Assembly: GCA_003963115.1 (NCBI GenBank)
Contig: RXJQ01000004.1
Span: 111,511 to 175,510 of the forward strand
DNA from: Burkholderiales bacterium
GTDB lineage: Bacteria; Pseudomonadota; Gammaproteobacteria; Burkholderiales; Burkholderiaceae_C
Direction: 5' to 3'
DNA length: 64,000 bases
The notes beneath the pieces were generated by a model. It was not told the origin of the DNA. It made no database searches and saw only the letters and a list, made by a program, of their open reading frames with translations. Within the stretch, counting starts at the first letter, position 1, and each line of letters begins with the position of its first letter. Made by a program: the position numbers and the translations under genes. Positions 36,399 through 45,275 of this stretch are shown piece after piece.

Positions 36399-37703
36399 GG
36401 ACGTCACCGTGGGTTTGCCGCAGCCAACGGCGACCCTGTCCTCCGGCTGACCTGGATCAAGCCGCACCACGCGGTTGCGACCACCGGCCTTGGCCATGTA
36501 GAGCCCCCGGTCCGCACGGTCGATGGTGCGCGTGAGCATCTCGTCGCTGTCGTAGCGCGTCAGGCCAGCAGAGAAGGTCACATGCAGGCTGGGTACGCTC
36601 TGGCTGACCATGGTGGCCGACAGCATCATCTGGATGCGTGACAGCACCAGTTCGGCCGTGGGGCAATCGGTGTCGGTGAACATGATGAGGAACTCTTCGC
36701 CACCCCAGCGTGCGACCACATCGGTTTCGCGCAGGCCTCCGGTGATCACCACGGCCACTGTTGCCAGCACCTCGTCGCCCACGCCATGGCCGTGCGTGTC
36801 GTTGACGGCCTTGAAATGGTCCACGTCGATCAGGGCGATGCAAAAGCGCCTGTCCGTGCGGATGCAGCGGTGCTTCTCGGTGTTGAGCAGCTCCAGCATA
36901 TGACGGCGGTTGAACAGGCCAGTGAGCTCGTCGCGCGTGGCCAGGTCCTGAATTCGGGCCAGCGCTTCGGCCAGTTCGTTCTTGCGCTTGGTGGACTTGG
37001 CCCGGATGCGATTGAACTGGGACACCAGCAGGCACATGCTCACCAGCATGAACAGCAGCACGCCAAAATAGACCAGCTGCAGCTTGGCCATGTAGGGGAC
37101 TTGGCTGGGCGCTTGCGCCTCGTGCAGCATGGCGATGCCGAAAGCCACGGCAGCCACCACGCAGGCTCGAATCAAGGTACCGGTCGTCGCGGTGAACATG
37201 CTGAACAAGAGGAAGATGAAGAGCAGCAGCAACGCGATCGATGCGCCAGGACCTCCCAATACATAGCCCCAGGCCAGAAAGACCACGGCGCAGTTGATCT
37301 GCATGCCTGCCATGGACGGGTCGGCCAGCTTGAGGTTGAGCCCGCTGCGCATCACGCCATAAAAAAAGATGGCGCTGGCGAGCGCGGAGGCCGTCAACCA
37401 GCTGACGCCTTCAGATTCGAGTACCCCCGCGGAGACACCGAAATTCAGCGCGGCCACGCCGGCCACGCTGTTGGCCGCGCCCACCAGATAGCGCAACAGC
37501 AGCACGGTCTGCTTGGGGTCTTTGGACAGCACCAGATCCGACAGCTTGCCGATCCACGACCATTCCCTGAGCCTGCGCGTGCGGCGATGTATGAGCGAAG
37601 CCAGGCCTGCGACCATCGTGATCAGCATCAGGGCGAGCACGATCAGGTACCGTGCGGTGTCGAAGCCACCGAGGTCGGCGGTGAATTGGGCGGCCTGGTT
37701 CAA
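36327..37703 (-). CDS. Membrane-anchored diguanylate cyclase (GGDEF)
   Basis: About 6 N-terminal TM segments. RETD I-site-like motif followed by an active-site GGEEF. The start is uncertain (TTG 37703, no SD). The 3' end overlaps the rlmD 3' end by 72 nt. Confidence 0.85.
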   Translation of the reverse strand: MNQAAQFTADLGGFDTARYLIVLALMLITMVAGLASLIHRRTRRLREWSWIGKLSDLVLSKDPKQTVLLLRYLVGAANSVAGVAALNFGVSAGVLESEGVSWLTASALASAIFFYGVMRSGLNLKLADPSMAGMQINCAVVFLAWGYVLGGPGASIALLLLFIFLLFSMFTATTGTLIRACVVAAVAFGIAMLHEAQAPSQVPYMAKLQLVYFGVLLFMLVSMCLLVSQFNRIRAKSTKRKNELAEALARIQDLATRDELTGLFNRRHMLELLNTEKHRCIRTDRRFCIALIDVDHFKAVNDTHGHGVGDEVLATVAVVITGGLRETDVVARWGGEEFLIMFTDTDCPTAELVLSRIQMMLSATMVSQSVPSLHVTFSAGLTRYDSDEMLTRTIDRADRGLYMAKAGGRNRVVRLDPGQPEDRVAVGCGKPTVTSSVALENRHAFDVGGMGKHVHRPA

Positions 37704-37834
37704 GATGAGATTGGACTGCTACTTATCAAACCATTCTGGAGTGGGCGATCTGCTTTGTGTTTGACCTGGCAAGCGTATTTGGCAAATCTGCGAATTACTG
37801 CCCGCAAATTTCTTTCACCATGCAGTAGTGGGCA

Positions 37835-37861
37835 TGAAAAAGGACCTCCGAAGAGGTCCTC
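37835..37861 (-). terminator. Rho-independent terminator downstream of the PIN-PhoH2 gene
   Basis: Minus strand reads AGGACCTC-TTCG-GAGGTCCT followed by TTTTT. It begins 45 nt after the stop. Confidence 0.85.
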
Positions 37862-37905
37862 GATTCCGGGGTAGGCCGGGGTGAGCGTTCAGCTGATCTG
37901 CAATC

Positions 37906-39660
37906 TCACAGCACCTCAGAGGCGAAGTCCGCCAGGCGCGAGCGTTCGCCGCGTGCCAACGTGACATGCCCGCTGTGTGGCCAGCCTTTGAACTTGTCGA
38001 CTGCGTAGGTCAGACCCGAGCTGCCTTCGGTGAGGTAGGGCGTGTCGATCTGTGCCAGGTTGCCCAGGCAGATGATCTTGGTGCCCGGACCGGCACGCGT
38101 GATCAAGGTCTTCATCTGCTTGGGCGTGAGGTTCTGCGCCTCGTCGATGATCAGGAACTTGTTCAAAAACGTGCGCCCGCGCATGAAGTTCATGCTCTTG
38201 ATCTTGATCTTGCTGCGCACCAGCTCGTTGGTGGCGGCACGGCCCCATTCGCCAGCGCTGCTGTCGCCGCGGGCCAGCACTTCGAGGTTGTCGTCGAGCG
38301 CGCCCATCCAGGGTGACATCTTTTCCTCCTCCGTGCCAGGCAGGAAGCCGATGTCCTCGCCCACCGGCACCGTCACGCGGGTAACGATGATCTCGGTGTA
38401 GCGGCGCTCGTCGAGCACCTGGCTCAGGGCGGATGCCAGCGTCATCAGTGTCTTGCCGGTACCGGCTGAACCCGTGAGCGTCACGAAATCGCATTCCGGG
38501 TCCATCAGCAGGTTCAGGGCGAAGTTCTGCTCGCGGTTGCGCGCCGTGACACCCCATACGGAATGCTTCTGGTTCGCGTAGTCCTTGAGCGTGCGCAGCA
38601 CGGCCGTCTTGCCGGTGATCTCGATAACCTTGCCGTACCAGGGTGTGGCGCCTGGGCTTTCGAGGTAGACGAACTGGTTGACCAGGAAGACCGGCACCAT
38701 GGGGCCGCTCACGCGGTAGTAGGTGACGCCGCCTTGCTGCCAGCTTTCCATGCCCTTGGCGTGGCGATCCCAGAAGTCCGCAGGCAGGGGCAGGACGCCC
38801 GTATAGAGCAGGTCGCCGTCTTCCAGGGTCTTGTCACTGGTGTAGTCGTCGGCGGGCAGGCCCAGGGCGCGGGCCTTGATCCGCATATTGATGTCCTTGG
38901 ACACCAGCACGACGTCGCGACCCGGGTGCTGGCTACGCAAAGCCTGTACCACACCCAGGATCTGGTTGTCTGCCTTGCCTTGCGGCAGGCCCGCCGGCAG
39001 ATGGATCTCCATGCCGTTGGTCTGGAAGTAGAGCTTGCCGCCGGCTTCGACGTGGCCGGTCTTGGCCAGTGCGATGCCAGCTGTCGGGTCCATCTGGCTG
39101 CCGTTCATGTCGGCGGCCAATTGGTCCAGGTCGCGGCTGACCTGACGGGCGTTGCGCGCCACTTCGGTCATGCCCTTCTTGTGGCCGTCCAGTTCTTCGA
39201 GCGTGATCATGGGCAGGTAGACATCGTGCTCCTCGAAGCGGAAGAGCGACATCGGGTCGTGCAGCAGCACATTGGTGTCGAGCACGAACAACTTGGCCGG
39301 GCCCTCGCTCATGCGGCGGCGGCGCATGGTGCCGGAGCCCGTGGCGGGCCCACTGCGTGCCTTGGCAGCATCGCTCGAAGAGGGTTTGGTGGCGACCGGC
39401 GCGGAGTCGGATTTGTCCGCTCGAACGGGGGCCAGCGCGCCCCCCGCTTTGGTGCTTGCGCTGATTTTCTCGACAGCGCTGGTGGTGGCGCTTGGTTTCA
39501 CCAGTTCCAGCACGGGTGGCTGGGTGAAGGCGGGAGCTGCTTTGGCCGAGGCAGCGCGCGTGGCGCTGCTTTTGGTCTGCTTGACAGGTTTGGGCTGCGA
39601 CGCGAAGTCTTCAGCGGTCAACATGTCGGCGCGTTTGGTGGGCGGCTTGGGCAGAGGCAT
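37906..39660 (-). CDS. PIN-domain + PhoH-like ATPase (PhoH2/YlaK-like)
   Basis: PIN (FVLDTNVLLHDP), Walker A GSAGTGKT, Walker B FLIIDEAQNLT. Preceded by a low-complexity N-terminal extension of about 140 aa. ATG 39660 was chosen because the longer ORF start lies inside a terminator hairpin. Confidence 0.85.
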   Translation of the reverse strand: MPLPKPPTKRADMLTAEDFASQPKPVKQTKSSATRAASAKAAPAFTQPPVLELVKPSATTSAVEKISASTKAGGALAPVRADKSDSAPVATKPSSSDAAKARSGPATGSGTMRRRRMSEGPAKLFVLDTNVLLHDPMSLFRFEEHDVYLPMITLEELDGHKKGMTEVARNARQVSRDLDQLAADMNGSQMDPTAGIALAKTGHVEAGGKLYFQTNGMEIHLPAGLPQGKADNQILGVVQALRSQHPGRDVVLVSKDINMRIKARALGLPADDYTSDKTLEDGDLLYTGVLPLPADFWDRHAKGMESWQQGGVTYYRVSGPMVPVFLVNQFVYLESPGATPWYGKVIEITGKTAVLRTLKDYANQKHSVWGVTARNREQNFALNLLMDPECDFVTLTGSAGTGKTLMTLASALSQVLDERRYTEIIVTRVTVPVGEDIGFLPGTEEEKMSPWMGALDDNLEVLARGDSSAGEWGRAATNELVRSKIKIKSMNFMRGRTFLNKFLIIDEAQNLTPKQMKTLITRAGPGTKIICLGNLAQIDTPYLTEGSSGLTYAVDKFKGWPHSGHVTLARGERSRLADFASEVL

Positions 39661-39686
39661 GGTGAAGTCCGTCAGGAGTGAAGGCA

Positions 39687-39720
39687 CAAACAAAAAGGCC
39701 GCACAAGACAATGTGCGGCC
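39687..39720 (-). terminator. Canonical intrinsic-terminator hairpin immediately upstream of the PhoH2 start
   Basis: Minus strand reads GGCCGCACA-TTGTCT-TGTGCGGCC followed by TTTTTGTTTG. The U-tract ends about 26 nt before ATG 39660. Confidence 0.75.
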
Positions 39721-39822
39721 TCAGGCTGGTCGATCTCGCGGGCATCGGATCGATGCAGGTTCGATCGGGGGGCAGACAGTGGACTGAGTTCAGAACAGCT
39801 CAGATGCATGAAAATGATTATG
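39721..39822 (-). promoter_or_regulatory. Candidate structured leader or small RNA (promoter-like CATAAT plus two hairpins)
   Basis: AT-rich patch with CATAAT on the minus strand (39817-39822). Downstream hairpins CTGAG-N10-CTCAG and GATCGA-N7-TCGATC. Bounded by the bcp terminator and the 39697-39720 terminator. Confidence 0.4.
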
Positions 39823-39965
39823 CACACTCCGTGCCCGCTGTGTGTGGCTGTTGCAACGCTTTCACAGGCCGAATGCATCACGGTTTCCCGCAGCGTGTTT
39901 CGGGCTGAGGGCAAATCCTCTAGGGACCGACCCGTGCGCTTCAGGCCGTGGTGCGGCGCACCAAT

Positions 39966-39990
39966 GAAAAAGCGCCCGGGAGGGCGCTTC
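39966..39990 (-). terminator. Rho-independent terminator of bcp
   Basis: Minus strand reads AAGCGCCC-TCCC-GGGCGCTT followed by TTTCATT. It starts 22 nt after the bcp stop. Confidence 0.8.
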
Positions 39991-40011
39991 TTGATGGCAT
40001 GAAGGCGCGGC

Positions 40012-40491
40012 TCAGGCGGCTTCTTGCTTGAGCGCCTTGACGGCCTTGAGCACGTCGTCCACGTGGCCAGCGACTTTGATGCCGCGCCATTCTTCGCGCA
40101 GCACGCCGTCGGGGCCGATCAGGAAGGTAGAGCGTTCGATGCCCTTGACCTTCTTGCCGTACATGATCTTATTCTTGACCACACCGAACATGTGGCAGAG
40201 CTTTTCTTCCGTGTCGGCGATGAGTTCGAAAGGCAACTCGAGGTTTTCCTTGAACTTGTCGTGCGAGGCGAGGTTGTCACGGGACACGCCGAACACCACC
40301 GCGCCGGCCTTCGTGAATTCCTTGTGCTTGTCACGGAATTGCATGGCTTCCGTGGTGCAACCGGGTGTATGGTCCTTCGGGTAGAAGTACAGCACCACGG
40401 TCTGCCCCACAAAGCCCTGAGGCGTGAACTTCACACCTCCGGTGGCGACAGCTTCAAATTCCGGCAAAGGTTTGTTGAGAGCGGGTGTCAT
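40012..40491 (-). CDS. bcp: Peroxiredoxin Bcp (thiol peroxidase)
   Basis: VVLYFYPKDHTPGCTTEA peroxidatic Cys motif. 159 aa from ATG 40491. Confidence 0.9.
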   Translation of the reverse strand: MTPALNKPLPEFEAVATGGVKFTPQGFVGQTVVLYFYPKDHTPGCTTEAMQFRDKHKEFTKAGAVVFGVSRDNLASHDKFKENLELPFELIADTEEKLCHMFGVVKNKIMYGKKVKGIERSTFLIGPDGVLREEWRGIKVAGHVDDVLKAVKALKQEAA

Positions 40492-40635
40492 GTTGTAGTG
40501 ATCAGCAGCCTGCGAGAAGAGCCTCCCATTATAAAGTGCTTCTAGGCTCACCCTCGGGTGTCGCCGCACTTACCCAACAAGAGGGCCTGCGATGCGCCGC
40601 TTGCCAGGCCTGAATTCACACGTGGTGGAACGTCG

Positions 40636-41010
40636 TCAGGGGTGGATCAGCAGCGCCGCCATGACGTGCCGGCCTTCAGCCACCAGGATGTTGTAGGTGC
40701 GGCAGGCGGCGGGTGTGTCCATGGTTTCGATGCCGATGCGGGCCGCCATCAGAGGGCGCAGCAGCGCAGCAGGCGGAAAACGCAGCAGCTTGCCGCTGCC
40801 AAACACCACCAGTTCGGGGCGCGTCTGGGCGATGCGCTCGAAATGCGCTTCGGCCAGCTCCGCCAGGGCGCTCACATCCCAGGGGATGACCTCGCCGGTA
40901 GGGGGGACAAGGATGCTGCGGCCGTGCGCCTCACCGTTGACCGAGACGGAATCGGCCGTGTAGGCGTTGATGATGTTCACGCCCTCGGCGCGGTCGGCAT
41001 GCAATTTCAT
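40636..41010 (-). CDS. Mth938-like (DUF498/NDUFAF3-like) domain protein
   Basis: 124 aa from ATG 41010. Family-like INAY....V.VNG, ELVVFGSG and GIETMDT.AACRTYN motifs. Confidence 0.72.
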   Translation of the reverse strand: MKLHADRAEGVNIINAYTADSVSVNGEAHGRSILVPPTGEVIPWDVSALAELAEAHFERIAQTRPELVVFGSGKLLRFPPAALLRPLMAARIGIETMDTPAACRTYNILVAEGRHVMAALLIHP

Positions 41011-41193
41011 GATCTGGCAAGGCGAAGGGCGCCACGGGAGGAGGGAGGATGTGGTGGGGCGTCGAAAGTCGTGCAGGCATTTTAGGGAATCTCGCTCTGG
41101 GGCCTGGTTCGAGGGCTGATGGCCTGGTCGCGATGCCGTCGTCAAGCTGTGCGAAACTTATAGCTTTCCCTCCTTCCCCCTGCGGAGACCGTT

Positions 41194-42417
41194 TTGAAGC
41201 CCATCGCCAAGTCCAGCAAACTCGCCAACGTCTGTTACGACATCCGTGGGCCCGTGCTGGAAAAGGCGCGCCAGATGGAGGAAGAAGGCCACAAGATCAT
41301 CAAGCTGAACATCGGCAATCTGGCGGTGTTCGGCCTGGAGCCGCCCGACGAGATCGTGCAGGACATGATCCGCAATCTCTCGGGGGCGGCCGGCTACACG
41401 GACAGCAAGGGCCTGTTCGCGCCACGCAAATCGGTGGTGCATTACTGCCAGGAAAAGAACATCTCCGGCGTGACGGTCGATGACGTCTACCTGGGCAATG
41501 GCGCCTCCGAGCTGATCGTGATGGCGCTCAATGCCCTGCTCAACGCGGAAGACGAAGTCCTGTTGCCTGCGCCTGATTACCCGCTGTACACAGCGGCCGT
41601 GTCGCTGTCGGGTGGGCGTCCGGTGCACTACATCTGCGACGAGCAGTCCGACTGGTTCCCCGACATCGCCGATATCCGCGCCAAGATCACGCCGCGCACG
41701 CGCGCCATCGTCGTCATCAACCCGAACAACCCGACGGGGGCACTGTACCCCGAGAGCCTGCTGCGCGAGATCATCCAGGTGGCACGCGAGCACCAGCTCA
41801 TCGTGATGGCCGACGAGATCTACGACAAGACGCTCTACGACGGTGCCACGCACACCTCCATGGCCTCGCTGGCCGACGACGTGCTTTTTTTGACCTTCAA
41901 CGGCCTGAGCAAGAACTACCGCTCCTGCGGCTACCGTGCTGGCTGGATGGTGGTGTCGGGCGAGAAGCGCTATGCCAAGGACTATGTCGAAGGCCTGAAC
42001 ATGCTGGCCTCGATGCGCCTGTGCGCCAACACACCGGGCCAGCTGGCCATCCAGACGGCGCTGGGCGGCTACCAGAGCATCAAGGACCTGGTGGCACCGG
42101 GCGGCCGACTGTGTAAGCAGCGTGACCTGGCCTATGAGCTGCTCAGCCAGATCCCCGGGGTGAGCGTGGTCAAGCCCAAGGGAGCGCTCTACATGTTCCC
42201 GCGCCTGGATCCCAAGATCTACCCGATCGCCGACGACCAGCAGTTCGCCTACGAGCTGCTGGCCGAAGAGAAGGTGTTGATCGTGCAGGGCACGGGTTTC
42301 AACTGGGCCCACCCTGATCACTTCCGACTGGTCTTCCTGCCCAACAGCGACGACCTGCGCGACGCCGTCGGTCGCATTTCGCGCTTCCTGGATGGCTATC
42401 GCAAGCGCCACGCCTGA
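41194..42417 (+). CDS. Class I/II PLP-dependent aminotransferase (alanine-aminotransferase-like)
   Basis: PLP-lysine motif GLSKNYRSCGYRAGW, NPNNPTG. TTG start with GGAG 6 nt upstream. Confidence 0.88.
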   Translation: MKPIAKSSKLANVCYDIRGPVLEKARQMEEEGHKIIKLNIGNLAVFGLEPPDEIVQDMIRNLSGAAGYTDSKGLFAPRKSVVHYCQEKNISGVTVDDVYLGNGASELIVMALNALLNAEDEVLLPAPDYPLYTAAVSLSGGRPVHYICDEQSDWFPDIADIRAKITPRTRAIVVINPNNPTGALYPESLLREIIQVAREHQLIVMADEIYDKTLYDGATHTSMASLADDVLFLTFNGLSKNYRSCGYRAGWMVVSGEKRYAKDYVEGLNMLASMRLCANTPGQLAIQTALGGYQSIKDLVAPGGRLCKQRDLAYELLSQIPGVSVVKPKGALYMFPRLDPKIYPIADDQQFAYELLAEEKVLIVQGTGFNWAHPDHFRLVFLPNSDDLRDAVGRISRFLDGYRKRHA

Positions 42418-42500
42418 GTCGATACCTGCTTCACACCCTTTTCCATATAAGCGGGGCGGCCACAAGCCAGACCCCGCATGTTTTCAAGAGAGATTCGTCA

Positions 42501-43835
42501 ATGAGCCAACCACAACTGCGACCCGTCAAGGTCGGCCTGCTGGGCATCGGTACCGTCGGTGGCGGCACCTTCACCGTGCTGCAACGCAATCAGGAAGAGA
42601 TCCGTCGCCGCGCCGGCCGCGGCATCGAGATCGCCATGGTGGCCGACCTCAACACCGAGCGCGCCAAAGAGCTTGTGGGCAATGCCGCGCAGGTGGTGGC
42701 CGACGCCAGCGCCGTGATCGCCAATCCCGAGATCGACGTGGTGGTGGAGCTCATTGGTGGCTATGGCATTGCCAAGAAGCTGGTGCTGGACGCGATCGCG
42801 GCCGGCAAGCACGTGGTGACCGCCAACAAGGCCCTGCTGGCCGTGCATGGCACCGAGATCTTTGCCGCTGCCCGTGCCAAGGGCGTGATGGTGGCCTTTG
42901 AAGCCGCCGTGGCCGGTGGCATTCCCATCATCAAGGCGCTGCGTGAAGGCCTGACCGCCAACCAGATCCAGTGGGTGGCCGGCATCATCAATGGCACGAC
43001 CAACTTCATCCTGTCCGAGATGCGCGACAAGGGCCTGGACTTCGACGTGGTCCTGAAAGAAGCGCAACGTCTTGGTTACGCCGAAGCCGATCCCACCTTC
43101 GACATCGAAGGCGTGGACGCCGCGCACAAAGCCACGATCATGAGTGCCATTGCCTTCGGTGTGCCGGTGCAGTTCGACAAGGCCCATGTGGAGGGCATCA
43201 CCAAGCTGTCGGCCACCGACATCAAGTACGCCGAGCAACTGGGTTACCGCATCAAGCTGCTGGGCATTGCACGCCGCCAGAACAATGGCATCGAGCTGCG
43301 CACCCACCCGACGCTGGTGCCGATGCGCCGCCTGATCGCCAACGTGGAAGGCGCGATGAACGCCGTGATGGTGCAGGGTGATGCCGTGGGCACGACCATG
43401 TACTACGGCAAGGGCGCGGGCTCGGAGCCGACCGCATCGGCCGTGGTGGCCGACCTGGTGGACATCGCGCGCCTGATCGATGCGGCGCCAGCCGCACGCG
43501 TGCCTTACCTGGCCTTCCAGCCCGATTCGATGTCGACCCTGCCCATCCTGCCGATAGAGCAGGTGGTGACGGCCTTCTACCTGCGTTTGCGCGTGGCCGA
43601 CAAGGCTGGCGTGCTGGCCAAGATCACGGGCATCTTGGCTGAGCAGGGCATCTCGATCGATGCCGTGATCCAGCGCGAGGCCGATGAGGTCAGCGGCGAG
43701 GGCAATCAGACCGACCTGATCATCCTGACGCATGACACCAAGGAAGGCGCGATGAACCAAGCCGTGGCCGCGATGCAGGCCCTGCCCACCGTGCTGGCTC
43801 CCATCGTCAAGCTGCGCAAAGAAGAGCTCGCGTGA
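42501..43835 (+). CDS. hom: Homoserine dehydrogenase
   Basis: N-terminal VGLLGIGTVGGG Rossmann motif, catalytic region, C-terminal ACT domain. Confidence 0.93.
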   Translation: MSQPQLRPVKVGLLGIGTVGGGTFTVLQRNQEEIRRRAGRGIEIAMVADLNTERAKELVGNAAQVVADASAVIANPEIDVVVELIGGYGIAKKLVLDAIAAGKHVVTANKALLAVHGTEIFAAARAKGVMVAFEAAVAGGIPIIKALREGLTANQIQWVAGIINGTTNFILSEMRDKGLDFDVVLKEAQRLGYAEADPTFDIEGVDAAHKATIMSAIAFGVPVQFDKAHVEGITKLSATDIKYAEQLGYRIKLLGIARRQNNGIELRTHPTLVPMRRLIANVEGAMNAVMVQGDAVGTTMYYGKGAGSEPTASAVVADLVDIARLIDAAPAARVPYLAFQPDSMSTLPILPIEQVVTAFYLRLRVADKAGVLAKITGILAEQGISIDAVIQREADEVSGEGNQTDLIILTHDTKEGAMNQAVAAMQALPTVLAPIVKLRKEELA

Positions 43836-43837
43836 TC

Positions 43838-45259
43838 ATGAAGTACATATCGACCCGTGGCGACAAGACCGAGCGTGGTTTTGCCGAGATCCTGCTGGAA
43901 GGCCTGGCCCCAGATGGCGGCCTTTACCTGCCCACTTCCTACCCCAAGATTGACGATGCCACACTGACCAAGTGGCGGGCTTTGAGCTATGCCGAGCTGG
44001 CCGGCGAGATCCTGGCGCTCTACATCGACGACATTCCCGTTGACGATGTCAAGAAGCTGGCCGCCAAGACCTACACCAAGGCGACTTACGGCTTCGACGA
44101 GATCACGCCTTTGAAGCCACTGGAACCTGGCCTCGCGCTGCAAGCCCTGTCGAATGGCCCGACGCTGGCCTTCAAGGACATGGCCATGCAACTGCTGGGC
44201 AACCTGTTCGAATATGAACTGGCGCGCCGTGGCGAGTCGCTCAACATCCTGGGCGCCACATCGGGCGACACGGGCAGCGCGGCCGAGTACGCCATGCGTG
44301 GCAAGAAGGGCGTGCGCGTGTTCATGCTTTCGCCCAACGGCCGCATGAGCCCCTTCCAGCAGGCACAGATGTTCAGCCTGCAAGACCCCAATATCCACAA
44401 CCTGGCCGTGGAAGGCGTGTTCGACGACGCGCAGGACATCGTCAAGGCGGTCTCCAACGACCTGGCCTTCAAGCGCCAGTACAAGATCGGCACGGTCAAC
44501 TCGATCAACTGGGCGCGCCTGCTGGCTCAGGTCGTGTACTACTTCGCTGGCTACTTCTACGCGACCGAGTCGAACGATCAGAAGGTCAGCTTCACTGTGC
44601 CGTCGGGCAACTTCGGCAACGTCTGCGCCGGCCATGTGGCCCGCATGATGGGCCTGCCCATCGACAAGCTGGTCGTGGCCACGAACGAGAACAATGTGCT
44701 CGACGAGTTCTTTCGTACCGGCAGCTACCGCGTGCGGGGCAGCGCCGAGACGTATGAAACGTCTTCGCCCTCGATGGACATCTCCAAGGCCTCGAACTTC
44801 GAGCGCTTCGTGTTCGACCTGCTGGGCCGTGATGGCGCCAAGGTCAAGTCCCTGTTCAAGTACGAGATCGAGCAGCGCGGCGAGTTCCACCTGACGGCTG
44901 AGGAGTTTGCCAAGGTCAAGGACTATGGCTTCGTGTCCGGCACCAGCCGACACAGTGATCGCCTGGCCACCATCAAGGACACCTTCGAGCGTTTCGGCGT
45001 GATGATCGACACCCACACGGCCGACGGCCTGAAGGTGGCGCGCGCCCACATCACACCCGGCGTGCCAATGCTGGTACTTGAAACAGCCTTGCCCGCCAAG
45101 TTCGCGGACACCATCGTCGAAGCCACGGGCCGCCAGCCCGAGCGCCCGCACTGGATCGCCGGCCTGGAAGGGCTGGAGTCCTTGCCCAAGCGCTTTGTGG
45201 TTGTGCCCAACAGCACGCAGACGGTCAAGGACTACATCGTCCGGCATTGCAACGACTGA
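43838..45259 (+). CDS. thrC: Threonine synthase
   Basis: MKYISTRG, GGLYLP, PLP-Lys TLAFKDMAMQ. Follows hom. Confidence 0.93.
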   Translation: MKYISTRGDKTERGFAEILLEGLAPDGGLYLPTSYPKIDDATLTKWRALSYAELAGEILALYIDDIPVDDVKKLAAKTYTKATYGFDEITPLKPLEPGLALQALSNGPTLAFKDMAMQLLGNLFEYELARRGESLNILGATSGDTGSAAEYAMRGKKGVRVFMLSPNGRMSPFQQAQMFSLQDPNIHNLAVEGVFDDAQDIVKAVSNDLAFKRQYKIGTVNSINWARLLAQVVYYFAGYFYATESNDQKVSFTVPSGNFGNVCAGHVARMMGLPIDKLVVATNENNVLDEFFRTGSYRVRGSAETYETSSPSMDISKASNFERFVFDLLGRDGAKVKSLFKYEIEQRGEFHLTAEEFAKVKDYGFVSGTSRHSDRLATIKDTFERFGVMIDTHTADGLKVARAHITPGVPMLVLETALPAKFADTIVEATGRQPERPHWIAGLEGLESLPKRFVVVPNSTQTVKDYIVRHCND

Positions 45260-45275
45260 TCGTTGAAAGGCAGAC

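Noticed and set aside
37361-37367. Homopolymeric A7/T7 tracts inside coding regions (GGDEF gene at 37361-37367; aminotransferase T7 near 41886) as phase-variation switches.
   Set aside because: Seven bases is short for slipped-strand phase variation. Both tracts encode ordinary Phe-rich membrane or core segments, and nothing indicates frame heterogeneity.
39672-39914. Small ORFs of 80 aa (minus) and 76 aa (plus, 39678-39908) in the bcp-phoH2 intergenic region.
   Set aside because: The region is locally AT-rich. The translations are odd and Cys/His-rich. The minus ORF reads straight through a canonical terminator hairpin. A non-coding (leader or sRNA) interpretation is preferred.
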